DNA from: an uncultured bacterium
GTDB lineage: Bacteria; Acidobacteriota; UBA6911; RPQK01; JADFOI01
Length of the DNA: 64,000 bases
Assembly (NCBI GenBank): GCA_965369785.1
Contig: CBDUTA010000001.1
Span: forward strand, 4,779-68,778
Reading direction: 5' to 3'
How positions within the stretch are numbered: position 1 is the stretch's first letter; the number at the start of each line of letters is the position of its first letter. The translations under genes were made by a program, and so were the position numbers. The notes below the pieces were generated by a model, which searched no databases, was not told the origin of the DNA, and saw only the letters and a list, made by a program, of their open reading frames with translations. Of this stretch, positions 29,841 to 39,177 are shown in pieces.

Positions 29841-30374
29841 CTAGTGCAGCAGCGAACGATCCAGGACGAAGAAAAGAATGACGTACACGAACCACCCCAA
29901 GCTACAAACTCCTACGGCTCGCCACACACTCGCATAGTCCAGAGCCTGGCGAACTGCCATGACAAAGGTAGCCAACATCCAGATCGTGCAAATCAAGAAA
30001 ACAATTCTCGCGAGACCCGGAAAAACACCCAAGATCCGCAACACTCCGGGACTGGCAGAGAATCCCGTGGTACGCAGAAGCTGCCCCCAATCCGCATCTG
30101 TCTGCTTTGTCGGAAAGATCTGAACACCAATCACGTAGGTGACCCGGGCCCAAAAGATCCAACCCATCAAACTGACGACCGTGACAGCAAAAGCAGCTTC
30201 AGCCGTCCCGCCGATACCTATACCAGCGGCAACACTCGATACCACCACCACGCCCAATGCCTGACCTAAAGCTGTGTGATCGGCTTCGACCTCTTCGTAG
30301 GTCTGTACGTCAAATCTACTAGCCCCTATGACTCGGTTAATAAAATTTAAGCGCCTGGCAAGACTCATGATCAA
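29841..30374 (-). CDS. Yip1-family membrane protein
   Basis: 177 aa with 4-5 TM helices and a topology and composition typical of the Yip1 domain. Confidence 0.55.
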   Translation of the reverse strand: MIMSLARRLNFINRVIGASRFDVQTYEEVEADHTALGQALGVVVVSSVAAGIGIGGTAEAAFAVTVVSLMGWIFWARVTYVIGVQIFPTKQTDADWGQLLRTTGFSASPGVLRILGVFPGLARIVFLICTIWMLATFVMAVRQALDYASVWRAVGVCSLGWFVYVILFFVLDRSLLH

Positions 30375-30392
30375 ACCTATCCATGAAACAGG

Positions 30393-30848
30393 CTACTTCC
30401 CTGCCGGTACAGTTACCGTCGTTCTTGGCTTGACCACCATCACATGGCAGGGGGCCTGACGAAGCAGGGCTTCGGCTGTGCTGCCCATGAACAGCCTTCC
30501 CAAGCCGGTTCGTCCATGAGTTCCCACAATGATCAGATCGGCGTCCTTTGCTCGCGCAAATTTGGCTATGGTCGCAGGCGGTGCTCCCTGGATTACCACT
30601 GGGCGAATCGTCATACCCTCTGGAGTGTTCTCCGGAACCAAGCTGTCCAGCTGGCTCTTCGCCTCCTTCTCTAGGTCAGGGATCGAAGGCGTTACCGAAC
30701 CCATGGGGTCCATCCCTACCGGGGGATTCAAGACGTGCAGAAAATGCACCACCGCCTCACTGTCCTGAGCTAGCGTGAAGCCCGTTTCCATGGCCAGGAG
30801 CGAAGCTTCTGAAAAGTCGATTGCGATAACGATCGTCCTATATCTCAT
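30393..30848 (-). CDS. universal stress protein (single domain)
   Basis: IVIAIDFSEAS...LIIVGTHGRTGLGRLFMGSTAE...VMVV. Confidence 0.8.
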   Translation of the reverse strand: MRYRTIVIAIDFSEASLLAMETGFTLAQDSEAVVHFLHVLNPPVGMDPMGSVTPSIPDLEKEAKSQLDSLVPENTPEGMTIRPVVIQGAPPATIAKFARAKDADLIIVGTHGRTGLGRLFMGSTAEALLRQAPCHVMVVKPRTTVTVPAGK

Positions 30849-30947
30849 GATGGCCCTCCTGTATGTCCCTATACAAGTTGGATTCCTTTCTCAGGTTCTC
30901 AACTCTTGTCAGTCCGAAGTTGCTCAAGGGCGGCTCTGTGCCTGGGT

Positions 30948-31391
30948 TCAGAAAACGGGTTGAGGTGTAGGAAGAACGCTATACCGAGACTGGAGAAAAG
31001 CCACCAAGTCAACCAGTTGGTGCACCGTCATGGAATTTCCGTGGTTGGGCATTCGTGAGACACCTTCACTCATGGCGATCTGCCTCTTCGAGTAGCCACG
31101 CGCCAGCCTGTATGAGGGATGAATGATTGAAGTGACTAGATAGCCGTCTGTCACCCCTCGAAAGATCTCCCCTCCTAAAACAACCGGCTTGGCGAGATAT
31201 TCGGTGAGAGGCGGCAGCTCTACCCCATCTACCCTGTGACAGCCATAGCACTGCAGCTCAAGAAATGCGGCTTTTCCTCTTTCAGTATTCCCCTCCGGTA
31301 GACGAAAGCCGACCGGCGATCTGGGTCCTGAGTCACAGGCCACAACACCCATGAGAAGAACCGCGGTGACCCATAAGATGTGACGCTTCAT
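30948..31391 (-). CDS. monoheme c-type cytochrome (probable lipoprotein)
   Basis: A signal peptide ending in ...VVAC and a single CYGCH. Confidence 0.6.
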   Translation of the reverse strand: MKRHILWVTAVLLMGVVACDSGPRSPVGFRLPEGNTERGKAAFLELQCYGCHRVDGVELPPLTEYLAKPVVLGGEIFRGVTDGYLVTSIIHPSYRLARGYSKRQIAMSEGVSRMPNHGNSMTVHQLVDLVAFLQSRYSVLPTPQPVF

Positions 31392-31511
31392 AGCTAGGTC
31401 CTCCTTTCGCTTCTCCTATTTCTTAACCATGCAATCTACAGACCCATTTCCTCACTTTTCTATTCAAAAGTTGGAAGAAAACGCCACCTGAAAGCATTGG
31501 GTTGACGATCT

Positions 31512-32402
31512 TTGGCAAAGACCATTCGTCTAGCTGTCTGTCATGACCCTGGTGGCTGGAGGAGGAGTGAGTCATTTAACCTAGATCTTGGTGAATATAC
31601 CCCATGTAAAGGTGTCTTTGCTGGTGCTCCGCTGGCATCTCAATTGCGTCACTTTGCCGTGGATCCGCAAGAAAACAAAGAAAGGTCAAACGTGACCACT
31701 ACGTTGGAAATATTACTGGCTACCGCTGTCACACTTGGCTTTTTGCACACACTGATCGGCGTTGATCATACCCTGCCCTTTGTGGTGTTGGCCCGGGCGC
31801 AAAAATGGTCTTTACAAAAGCTTTTAGTCGTGACCAACCTCTGTGGTGTGGGCCACGTCCTTTCTTCCTTGTTACTGGGATGGGTTGGAATTTCCTTTGG
31901 GACAGCAATTGAGCAGCTGGAACTGATCGAAACTCAACGCGGCCAACTGGCTGCCTGGCTGCTCATCGGCTTTGGCTTCGCCTATACCCTATGGTCTGTT
32001 TATAGAAAACCCCGCAGGATGTCTCCCGGACATCACCGTGTGGGGCATCTCGTTACAGGTCATCTTGACCTGGGGGAGCGAAAGAGTCATTCCTCCGCCT
32101 CTCAGGGACTTCCAAAATCCACCTTAACCGTTTGGGCACTCTTCATCATCTTTGTGTTTGGTCCTTGTGAGCCTTTGATTCCTCTGCTGATGGCCCCTGC
32201 GTTTGAGCATCATTGGCTTTCGGTTATCGGTGTAGCACTGGCATTTGGTTTTGTGACTCTGAGCACGATGTCTATTCTAGTCACGTTGGGATACTATGGT
32301 CTGAAGGTTTCCCCTTTTCTTTTTCTTGAACGCCACATGCACACTGCCTGTGGAATGACGATCGCCGCCACCGGGTGTGCCATAAGAGTTCTTGGGATCT
32401 AG
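31512..32402 (+). CDS. HupE/UreJ-like (H-x5-D-H) membrane protein, putative Ni/Co transporter; start uncertain
   Basis: An LHTLIGVDHTLPF motif in the first TM, and 6 predicted TM helices. The first roughly 60 aa are not membrane-like, so the real start may be internal. Confidence 0.35.
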   Translation: MAKTIRLAVCHDPGGWRRSESFNLDLGEYTPCKGVFAGAPLASQLRHFAVDPQENKERSNVTTTLEILLATAVTLGFLHTLIGVDHTLPFVVLARAQKWSLQKLLVVTNLCGVGHVLSSLLLGWVGISFGTAIEQLELIETQRGQLAAWLLIGFGFAYTLWSVYRKPRRMSPGHHRVGHLVTGHLDLGERKSHSSASQGLPKSTLTVWALFIIFVFGPCEPLIPLLMAPAFEHHWLSVIGVALAFGFVTLSTMSILVTLGYYGLKVSPFLFLERHMHTACGMTIAATGCAIRVLGI

Positions 32403-32414
32403 CACTGACCCGGA

Positions 32415-33713
32415 CTATGAAGGAGCCTCAACTTTGACTTCTTGCTCCTCCAGGACTTCTTGAAAGAGAGGGACGAGTCGGGTGCGATAAATGCTATCCC
32501 AAAGATGACTGCTTTTCGTCCTGCGGAAAAATCTACGGTGTTTCCCTGCGGCGAAATTCAGTATCTTGGTGACGATCTGAGAGGGGGTATCCTGGAGATC
32601 AAAATAACAGACATCCTCTCTGGCTAATTCTGTAAATGGGGCGATCTTTGAGCACACAATGGGTAATCTCGTCAATGCGGCTTCCAGTAAAGGCAAACCG
32701 AAACCCTCGGCTTGACTGGGTAAAAACAAAACATCTGAGATGAGATAAAAATCCCGAGTGGTGAGTCGATCCGCTGAGATTCGATCGCCATTCTGAAATT
32801 GATATTTACCAAGGAAAAGCACGTTTTTTTCTACATCCAACTGTCGAACCAAACGAAGTAAATTCCTGTAGTAATCCAGCGATTCGGGTTCATGTGGATC
32901 ATGAGCCGCAGTCACCAGCAAGCGTACCGGGACGCCCCGATCTCGGAGCGCACGCGTCACCCGGATGGATAATTCCACATTCTTGCGGGGATGGAGACGA
33001 CAGGGATGAAAGATGAGAAAGTCCTCTTCCAAAAGCCCCTCCTCTTCAACAAGCCGCACTGTGGTCGGATCCAAATTGAGAAATGAGGCGGGGTCAATAC
33101 CGTTGTTCACGACATGAATACGATGGGCTTTCTCGTACAGTCGCAAGAACTGTTCGCGGCGATTCTCAGAAATCGTCGCGTAGTGGATTTTAGGATGGAT
33201 CTCTTTGAGTACGGTCCATGGCGAATGGTCCAGGTGGGGCGGATAATCGGCGTAGAAATAAGGAGAGTCGTGCCCCCAACTGACAATTCTCATCGACTCC
33301 GACTCAGCCAACTTCCGCAGGGCGGAGGTCAAGGGAAGATTGTAGGGCATAGTGAGGACATTGTGGGCAAGAAGAATGTCAAAATGTCGTAACTGCTCTC
33401 TCAGATACCCCTCAATCTCGCTCACGAGTGTTTCTATGCCTCGAGAGTTGTTCTCTTCTACCAGTAATCGATGGGCCTGTAAGACGTGTCTGTTTCTAGA
33501 TCCCAGTAAGGGATTGATCTCAATCGGATAATCGCGGTTAGGCGCCCTGCCAGCGCCCGCCAGAACCTTGACAGGGTAGGAATAGCGATCCAGCAGAGAA
33601 GATTGCTGATCCAGAACTTCTTCCACGCCTCCTACAACGGGAAGACAGGAGTAGTGCAACAAACCGATGGCTAGATTCCTCACCTGGTTCCTTCCTGTAG
33701 GCCGTTCGGTCAT
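32415..33713 (-). CDS. glycosyltransferase family 4 (retaining GT-B)
   Basis: An N-terminal LHYSCLPVVGGVEEVL and a C-terminal EGFGLPLLEA (GT4 E-x7-E region). Confidence 0.65.
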   Translation of the reverse strand: MTERPTGRNQVRNLAIGLLHYSCLPVVGGVEEVLDQQSSLLDRYSYPVKVLAGAGRAPNRDYPIEINPLLGSRNRHVLQAHRLLVEENNSRGIETLVSEIEGYLREQLRHFDILLAHNVLTMPYNLPLTSALRKLAESESMRIVSWGHDSPYFYADYPPHLDHSPWTVLKEIHPKIHYATISENRREQFLRLYEKAHRIHVVNNGIDPASFLNLDPTTVRLVEEEGLLEEDFLIFHPCRLHPRKNVELSIRVTRALRDRGVPVRLLVTAAHDPHEPESLDYYRNLLRLVRQLDVEKNVLFLGKYQFQNGDRISADRLTTRDFYLISDVLFLPSQAEGFGLPLLEAALTRLPIVCSKIAPFTELAREDVCYFDLQDTPSQIVTKILNFAAGKHRRFFRRTKSSHLWDSIYRTRLVPLFQEVLEEQEVKVEAPS

Positions 33714-33903
33714 GCCGTCTCAATGCGAGACTAGAGCTACCCACCTGCCACTTCACTGGGCAACTTACGTGCCAGTGCTCAACCGGGTTGGGAAAGAGGA
33801 AGTGGAGCTCAGCTGTTAACAGGTGGTGTTGTCGTGATCCCTGCTCGTGCGGTTGGACTCAAGAAGAGTCTACCATGCGTGACAGCACCCAGCAAAGAGT
33901 CAA

Positions 33904-34320
33904 ATGCCACTTTGTGGGAGGTCCATGCCTTGCGCTGGCAGGTTTAGGAAATGGGTAAACGGCAGAGGATCAACCGGTACTCAGACGGTGCCAGGAAAGC
34001 CCCAGTTGGTCAGGGACTGGAACACTTATTGCCTCTATTTATTTTGGAAAGGAGGAAAGCCATTGAAGCCAGCAGAACTGGAAAGAGTGAAACAAAAACT
34101 GGGCTTGTTTGATTTTCTGACACCCAACGAATGCCAGGCTCTCATCATGGCTATTGAGCAGCTTCATGAGGAATTGAGGGATATCATCGATCTGACGATC
34201 GCACTCCAACAGCGCTTGCCAACAGATGAACGATCTTTAGCAGAGGAAGAACGAATAGAGAATGCCTGCTCAATACTTTCCGAGGAAGAAGAAAACATCT
34301 TTCTGAAAGTAGCTTCCTAG
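33904..34320 (+). CDS. hypothetical acidic coiled-coil protein; start uncertain
   Basis: A C-terminal Glu-rich helix (EQLHEELRDIIDLTIALQQRL...EEERIENA). The N-terminal 50 aa are of low complexity. Confidence 0.25.
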   Translation: MPLCGRSMPCAGRFRKWVNGRGSTGTQTVPGKPQLVRDWNTYCLYLFWKGGKPLKPAELERVKQKLGLFDFLTPNECQALIMAIEQLHEELRDIIDLTIALQQRLPTDERSLAEEERIENACSILSEEEENIFLKVAS

Positions 34321-34362
34321 CCTGCCGCGATCCTCCGGAGGTGCCCAAATCCAATGTAGGCC

Positions 34363-35733
34363 CTACGTACATATTTGCTGGGAAAGTTGGTAGAGTAGAT
34401 TGAGCAAATCCCGTTCCAGCACTTCATAGGAATAGTACTGAAGTCCCAGCTCATAATTTTTCTGAGCCCTCTCTTCTCGCAGCTTCTCGTTTTCCAGAAC
34501 CTCTCGGATGTTGCGAGCCGCCTCCCGGGATGCGAAGCCGTCAATGGTAATGACTTGAAAACCCTTCGGCTCGATATCGACGATATAAATCGAGTAGCGG
34601 TTCAGAACGATGGGTTTCCGATAATAGATGGCTTCCAGGAAAGCGTTGCCGAAACCCTCGTAGCCAGAGGGATACGTCACCAGATCTGCACACTGGTAAA
34701 TGTCTCTGATGGAATATTGTTTTTCTCCGTTCGGCCCCTTTCCTCTGCGCGCTCCAATAAGATGCTCGATGGCACGAATCTGAACTCCCCAGTGCTCGGC
34801 ATACTCCAGGATGCGCCGGTAGTAATGGTCTCCTTCATCACCGCTGGCGTGAGAGATGACCAAGACAGGATTTTCCAGATTCATTAAAGAGACAATTTCA
34901 ATGGAACGCTCTATCAGCTTACGCGGGACCACTCGGGTGGGCTGCAGGACAAAAACGTCATTTTCTCCGAGTCCGATGTGCTCTCGCAGATCCGAGGCAT
35001 AGTCATCGGGAGGCGTTGGAAGCAACGCGTAATCATAGACATTGGGAATCAACGTATTGGATATGCCCTGACGGTGACTCAACTGTTCGCTGGCAATGGA
35101 GTTAATCACAACGTGGCACATGTTGTGAAGATCGGGAGGAAAAGCACAGGTGAGGTAATCTTTCGCACTATTGACCAGAAAGCGTTCCCTCTCCCAATAG
35201 AAATCGTGGTGATGAGCAATCGTGGGCAAACAAGTTTCAGCAATAAACTGGGTCAGTGCCAACCCCAAGGGGATGTTCATCGGAATAGCCAGCGCATTTT
35301 CGGCAACAATCAAATCGATACCAAACTGCTTTACAAACAGATACAGCTTTGATTTGAGGTGAGTCTTAATGTCTTCAATGGACTGAGTCACTTCAGGACT
35401 GCGATGGTGCCTGCCGAAACAGCCTGCACTAATTGCTTCAATACCAGGATGACCGAAATAGGCCTCTTCAACGACAAGGCTTTTCTCAACAGGTCGATCG
35501 CAAAGTCCAGCAAAATAGAAACATTCATACCCGTTTCGCTCTAATACTGCAGTCCACTTTTCGATCTCCAAAGAGACTCCATCCGTGCCTGCAATTCGTG
35601 TGGATACGAAACCCACCCTCTTATACCGCTGTCCTTGAAAAAGATCATTCATCGAAATATGCTCCACCGGGCTGACACATGCTCTAGCACTTCTGGATAA
35701 TAAACTATCCGGTTGCAAGTTATGGGTCAACAC
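34363..35733 (-). CDS. glycosyltransferase family 4 (TreT/sucrose-phosphate-synthase-like)
   Basis: GFVSTRIAGTDGVSLEIEKW near the N-terminus and EGFGNAFLEA near the C-terminus. Confidence 0.65.
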   Translation of the reverse strand: MLTHNLQPDSLLSRSARACVSPVEHISMNDLFQGQRYKRVGFVSTRIAGTDGVSLEIEKWTAVLERNGYECFYFAGLCDRPVEKSLVVEEAYFGHPGIEAISAGCFGRHHRSPEVTQSIEDIKTHLKSKLYLFVKQFGIDLIVAENALAIPMNIPLGLALTQFIAETCLPTIAHHHDFYWERERFLVNSAKDYLTCAFPPDLHNMCHVVINSIASEQLSHRQGISNTLIPNVYDYALLPTPPDDYASDLREHIGLGENDVFVLQPTRVVPRKLIERSIEIVSLMNLENPVLVISHASGDEGDHYYRRILEYAEHWGVQIRAIEHLIGARRGKGPNGEKQYSIRDIYQCADLVTYPSGYEGFGNAFLEAIYYRKPIVLNRYSIYIVDIEPKGFQVITIDGFASREAARNIREVLENEKLREERAQKNYELGLQYYSYEVLERDLLNLLYQLSQQICT

Positions 35734-35879
35734 GTTGTTCTCTAGGCCCCCTATTTACATCCGTTCACCCATGGTTGACCTTCAGATCGGTTCGAATCAC
35801 TCACTACGGAGCACGGATCGCCGGGCAGTGATACTAAGTGTCTCTTGTAAAAGATCAGGCAAAGAGGTATTTCTTGTGA

Positions 35880-36395
35880 GTGATGTCGCCGATGAACCTT
35901 CTCATTGTTTACTTTTCTTTCACATCAACGGTTCGCACACTGGCTCAAGCCGTGACATCCAAGTTGGAAATGAACGCTCAGGTTACCACCTGCACAATCG
36001 AACCACGGACCTCGCGCGGCTATTGGGGATGGCTCCCTCGCTCTTTCCTTCCCCACTGGCGCGTCCCCATCAAACCCACTACCACAGATTTAGAACCCTA
36101 TGATCTGGTTTGTCTGGGATTCCCGAAGTGGACGTTCGCCTGTCCTCCGGTGAACCAGTACATCAAAATGATGAAAGGCTGCCAGGGAAAGAAGATTGCC
36201 CTCTTCATGTGCAATAGGGGGTTTGACGAGAAGCGCTACCTGAACCATATGATCCGAAAGGTCTCCAAAAGGGGATCTCTGGTGGTAGCAACGCTTTCAG
36301 TGAAACAAGATGTGGTCCGAAAGGGGACCTATCAGGAGGCACTCGACTCGTTCTGTCGGCAGGCCAGGTCTGGTGACCGAATAGTTTTTCCCTGA
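35880..36395 (+). CDS. flavodoxin-like fold protein
   Basis: LLIVYFSFTSTVRTLAQAV is a flavodoxin-type N-terminal strand plus phosphate loop. 171 aa. Confidence 0.45.
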   Translation: MMSPMNLLIVYFSFTSTVRTLAQAVTSKLEMNAQVTTCTIEPRTSRGYWGWLPRSFLPHWRVPIKPTTTDLEPYDLVCLGFPKWTFACPPVNQYIKMMKGCQGKKIALFMCNRGFDEKRYLNHMIRKVSKRGSLVVATLSVKQDVVRKGTYQEALDSFCRQARSGDRIVFP

Positions 36396-36439
36396 GTTTA
36401 ACGAACACAACGTTAGGGGGCAGCCGGTGGGTTTTCCTG

Positions 36440-36535
36440 GTTACGCAGTCAGAGCCGCAGGCTTCAGCCTGCGGGCCATTGAGAGCTACCTTCTCGGGCC
36501 CCGTGGGCTAAAGCCCACGGCTCTGACTGCGTCTT
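36440..36535. other. nested multi-hairpin element in the convergent intergenic region
   Basis: The outer stem CGCAGTCAGAGCCG/CGGCTCTGACTGCG encloses two inner hairpins (GCAGGCttcaGCCTGC and CCGTGGGCtaaaGCCCACGG). More hairpins follow up to about 36600. Confidence 0.35.
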
Positions 36536-36625
36536 ACCACGAGAGAGTGCCATCCTAACTGTTCGGCGAGCCACTTGTGGCGAGCCACCGACTCGCCCCG
36601 ACGTCACCTGGTCACGAGGAAGCAG

Positions 36626-36643
36626 GCATAATCCCGGCTAAGG
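36626..36643. repeat. copy of the CATAATCC(C/G)GGCT motif overlapping the HAO-like gene stop
   Basis: GCATAATCCCGGCTAAGG, compared with CATAATCCGGGCTAGCC at 38071 and CATAATCCGGGCTGGCC at 28110. Confidence 0.35.
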
Positions 36644-38038
36644 GGACTGCCCATAGCGCTCCCGATAGAACTCATCGATCTGTTCTCTTTCCTCTGGTGA
36701 CATGCCCTGCTTCCAAACGTGCTCTGGTCGTCCCAGGATCTCGTCGACGACTCTCAGCACTCTGGAATCACCCTGGGCCAGTTCCCGAGCCTGAGGGATG
36801 AGCTCGAAGTAGAAGCGATGGGCAACTTCAAAAAATCCGTGCCACTGGGTGTAATCGGGGCCCTGCATGGAAACACCCATCCGAGCCCGCCGGCCTTCAT
36901 GGTGCCAGAGGTGATAGAACGTCCACTCAATTTCGTCATCAAACGGGTCGGGCGTAATCTTTCCCCTCTGCCGAAGGACATCCATGATTTCTTGGGCAGG
37001 GCGGCCGAATTTGTCATTGTACATTTCCACCGTACTATCAAACTGGACATAAAAGGCATTCACGAAATCCGGAGCATGACACTGGAAACAGACATCCTTC
37101 ATGTCCTGTCGGCGCTCCTCCCAGTTTTCCAGCTTGTTGGAAATAACGGGACGGAGAGTCCAGGAAATCCGAGCCCCTACATCGTGGGTGACGGGCTGAT
37201 TGGGTGTGGCACTCATGTGGCAGGTGGCACAGGTGGGAGCTGCTGAGTAGTCCTCTCCCAACACCCAACTGTCGCTCTCCAGATTCATCTCGGCCAACCG
37301 GGTTCGATAGGCGATGCCATGCTTGCTTTCCTCATAAATCTCGATCTGGGGATGATCCGGCCCCATGTGACACTTCCCGCACACCTCAGGCTGGCGGGCC
37401 ATGGCCTTGGAGAAGACATGGCGCGAGTGACAGGCCCCACAAGAACCATTGGAACCGTCCAGATTCACCCGTCCAATTCCGGTATTGGGCCAGGTGAGAG
37501 GGTCAATGAGGGGCTTACCCTCGTCATTGCGTTGCGGGTTCCCCTCGTCGTCAACCAGGAACTGCACGGTTGAACCGTGGCACTGCCAACAGCCATTGGC
37601 GGCCGCCAGGGGACCCTCCGCCATCTCGCCCAGTACGTTGTCCAATGACCCGACGAATTGGGAGGCTTTGGCGTGGTGGCTGGCATCGAACTCCTCGACG
37701 ATTCGTTCGTGGCACTGGGCACAGTCCTTGGGCGTGACGATGGTGGCAATCATTTGTCCTTCGTGCAGGAAGGCATCCACATCGTTTTCCTCAGACCGGT
37801 GGCATTCATAGCAACCCACGCCCAGGACGGCATGGGCGCTATCGGCCCACTGGGCCCCCACAACCGGCGTTTTTTCCAGGTGGCAGTCGTAGCACTTGGC
37901 ACTCTCACCCGTGACCACGGGTTCAGGTCCAGACTGAAAGCGCTGCTTCCCTCCTTCCACCCAGGCCACGATGATGAGTGCGACCAGCAAAAGCAGACTT
38001 AAGCTGGCAACGATGATGCGCTTCATTTCCAAACTCAT
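36638..38038 (-). CDS. octaheme c-type cytochrome, hydroxylamine-oxidoreductase (HAO) family
   Basis: 8 CxxCH motifs (CYDCH, CYECH, CAQCH, CWQCH, CGACH, CGKCH, CATCH, CFQCH), a signal/anchor helix, and the TWPNTGIGRVNLDGSNGSCGACHSRH block typical of the HAO/ONR family. The start is at the first ATG (MSLEMKR), which has an AGGAGG Shine-Dalgarno. Confidence 0.8.
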   Translation of the reverse strand: MSLEMKRIIVASLSLLLLVALIIVAWVEGGKQRFQSGPEPVVTGESAKCYDCHLEKTPVVGAQWADSAHAVLGVGCYECHRSEENDVDAFLHEGQMIATIVTPKDCAQCHERIVEEFDASHHAKASQFVGSLDNVLGEMAEGPLAAANGCWQCHGSTVQFLVDDEGNPQRNDEGKPLIDPLTWPNTGIGRVNLDGSNGSCGACHSRHVFSKAMARQPEVCGKCHMGPDHPQIEIYEESKHGIAYRTRLAEMNLESDSWVLGEDYSAAPTCATCHMSATPNQPVTHDVGARISWTLRPVISNKLENWEERRQDMKDVCFQCHAPDFVNAFYVQFDSTVEMYNDKFGRPAQEIMDVLRQRGKITPDPFDDEIEWTFYHLWHHEGRRARMGVSMQGPDYTQWHGFFEVAHRFYFELIPQARELAQGDSRVLRVVDEILGRPEHVWKQGMSPEEREQIDEFYRERYGQSP

Positions 38039-38059
38039 GCCCAATACCTCCTATTTTTA

Positions 38060-38090
38060 GCCCGGACTATTCATAATCCGGGCTAGCCGG
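38060..38090. repeat. palindromic hairpin AGCCCGGActattcataaTCCGGGCT between cyt b and the HAO-like gene
   Basis: An 8-bp stem with a 10-nt loop, directly upstream of the HAO-like Shine-Dalgarno. It shares 14 nt with the motifs at 28110 and 36626. Confidence 0.4.
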
Positions 38091-39177
38091 GAGCCATGGC
38101 TTCCCAGAGGGTCAAGACGATCAAAAAGAATACAGCCGCAACTCCCACCCACACACTGATCTCACTTGCCGGATTGCGACGGCGAATCCTGGCGTCGATA
38201 AAAGGCCAGATGAGGGCCGTGAGGCCCATGAGTCCAATGGTGATCACGGCAACTTGCAGTCCGGTGAGCTGAAGCCAGCGGAAGGTCCAGTAAAAGTACC
38301 ACTCTGGTTTGATGTGAGAGGGGGTCTGAAGGGGATTGGCTTTCTCACCCAGCTCGGCCGGGAAGATGAGGGCCAGGCAAGTCAGCAAAATAGTCAGACT
38401 CAGGGCGAGGATCAGTTCAGTCAGAAAATGATCGGGATACAAGGGAAAAGTCTTCGATTCAGAATCGCTCTGTAAATCTGCTTTGAACTCGAAGGCAGTG
38501 ACCTCATGGAGTCGTACCAGCAAGATGTGACCGAAAATGAGCAGGGTGATGACGGTAGGCAGGATTCCAATGTGAAGGATAAAGAATCGAGTCAGCGTAT
38601 TGTCGCCGATGGTTTCTCCACCTCGTAACAATCGAGCCAACTGGTCTCCAATCAGGGGGACCGCTTCAGTCAAATTTCCGGCAACAGTAATTCCCCAGTA
38701 GCTGAGTTGCTCATAGAGGAGTGAATAGCCGGTGAATCCAAAAAATAGAGTCACCCCGACCAATCCGATCCCGATCATCCAATTGAGTTCCCGGGGCTTT
38801 CGGTAGGCACCGGTAAAGAAGACCCGCATCATATGCAGGATGACCGCCACAATCATCAGATTGCTGGACCACTTATGGATACTGCGTACAAACCAGCCGT
38901 AGGGCACCATCGTGCCGATTCTCTGAACACTTTCATAGGCCTCATTTGGGGCGGGCACATAGTAAAGGGTCAGAAGAATCCCAGTCACAACCTGAACGAT
39001 AAAAAGGTAGCCAGCCGTCCCTCCCAGGCACCACCACCAACTCTTCAGGTGGTGAGGCACCGGTTCGCTGGTAAAGTGGCGTAAAGAATCCAGATCTACG
39101 GGGATTCGTTCCTGCACCCATTCCAGGCGTCCTGTTGATGACGAGGATGAGGATTGAGAAGGCAGGGAACGACTCAT
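38083..39177 (-). CDS. cytochrome b of a Rieske/cytochrome b (bc1/b6f-type) complex
   Basis: The heme-ligand His pairs in helices B and D (HKWSSNLMIVAVILHMMRVFFTGAYRKPRELNWMIG ... FFILHIGILP...HILLVRLHE) and the PEWYFYW quinol-site motif. Confidence 0.85.
   Translation of the reverse strand: MSRSLPSQSSSSSSTGRLEWVQERIPVDLDSLRHFTSEPVPHHLKSWWWCLGGTAGYLFIVQVVTGILLTLYYVPAPNEAYESVQRIGTMVPYGWFVRSIHKWSSNLMIVAVILHMMRVFFTGAYRKPRELNWMIGIGLVGVTLFFGFTGYSLLYEQLSYWGITVAGNLTEAVPLIGDQLARLLRGGETIGDNTLTRFFILHIGILPTVITLLIFGHILLVRLHEVTAFEFKADLQSDSESKTFPLYPDHFLTELILALSLTILLTCLALIFPAELGEKANPLQTPSHIKPEWYFYWTFRWLQLTGLQVAVITIGLMGLTALIWPFIDARIRRRNPASEISVWVGVAAVFFLIVLTLWEAMAPG

Noticed and set aside
36719-38002. Plus-strand ORFs of 84-175 aa opposite the HAO-like gene
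   Set aside because: Antisense to an 8-heme CDS whose CxxCH motifs are in the minus frame.
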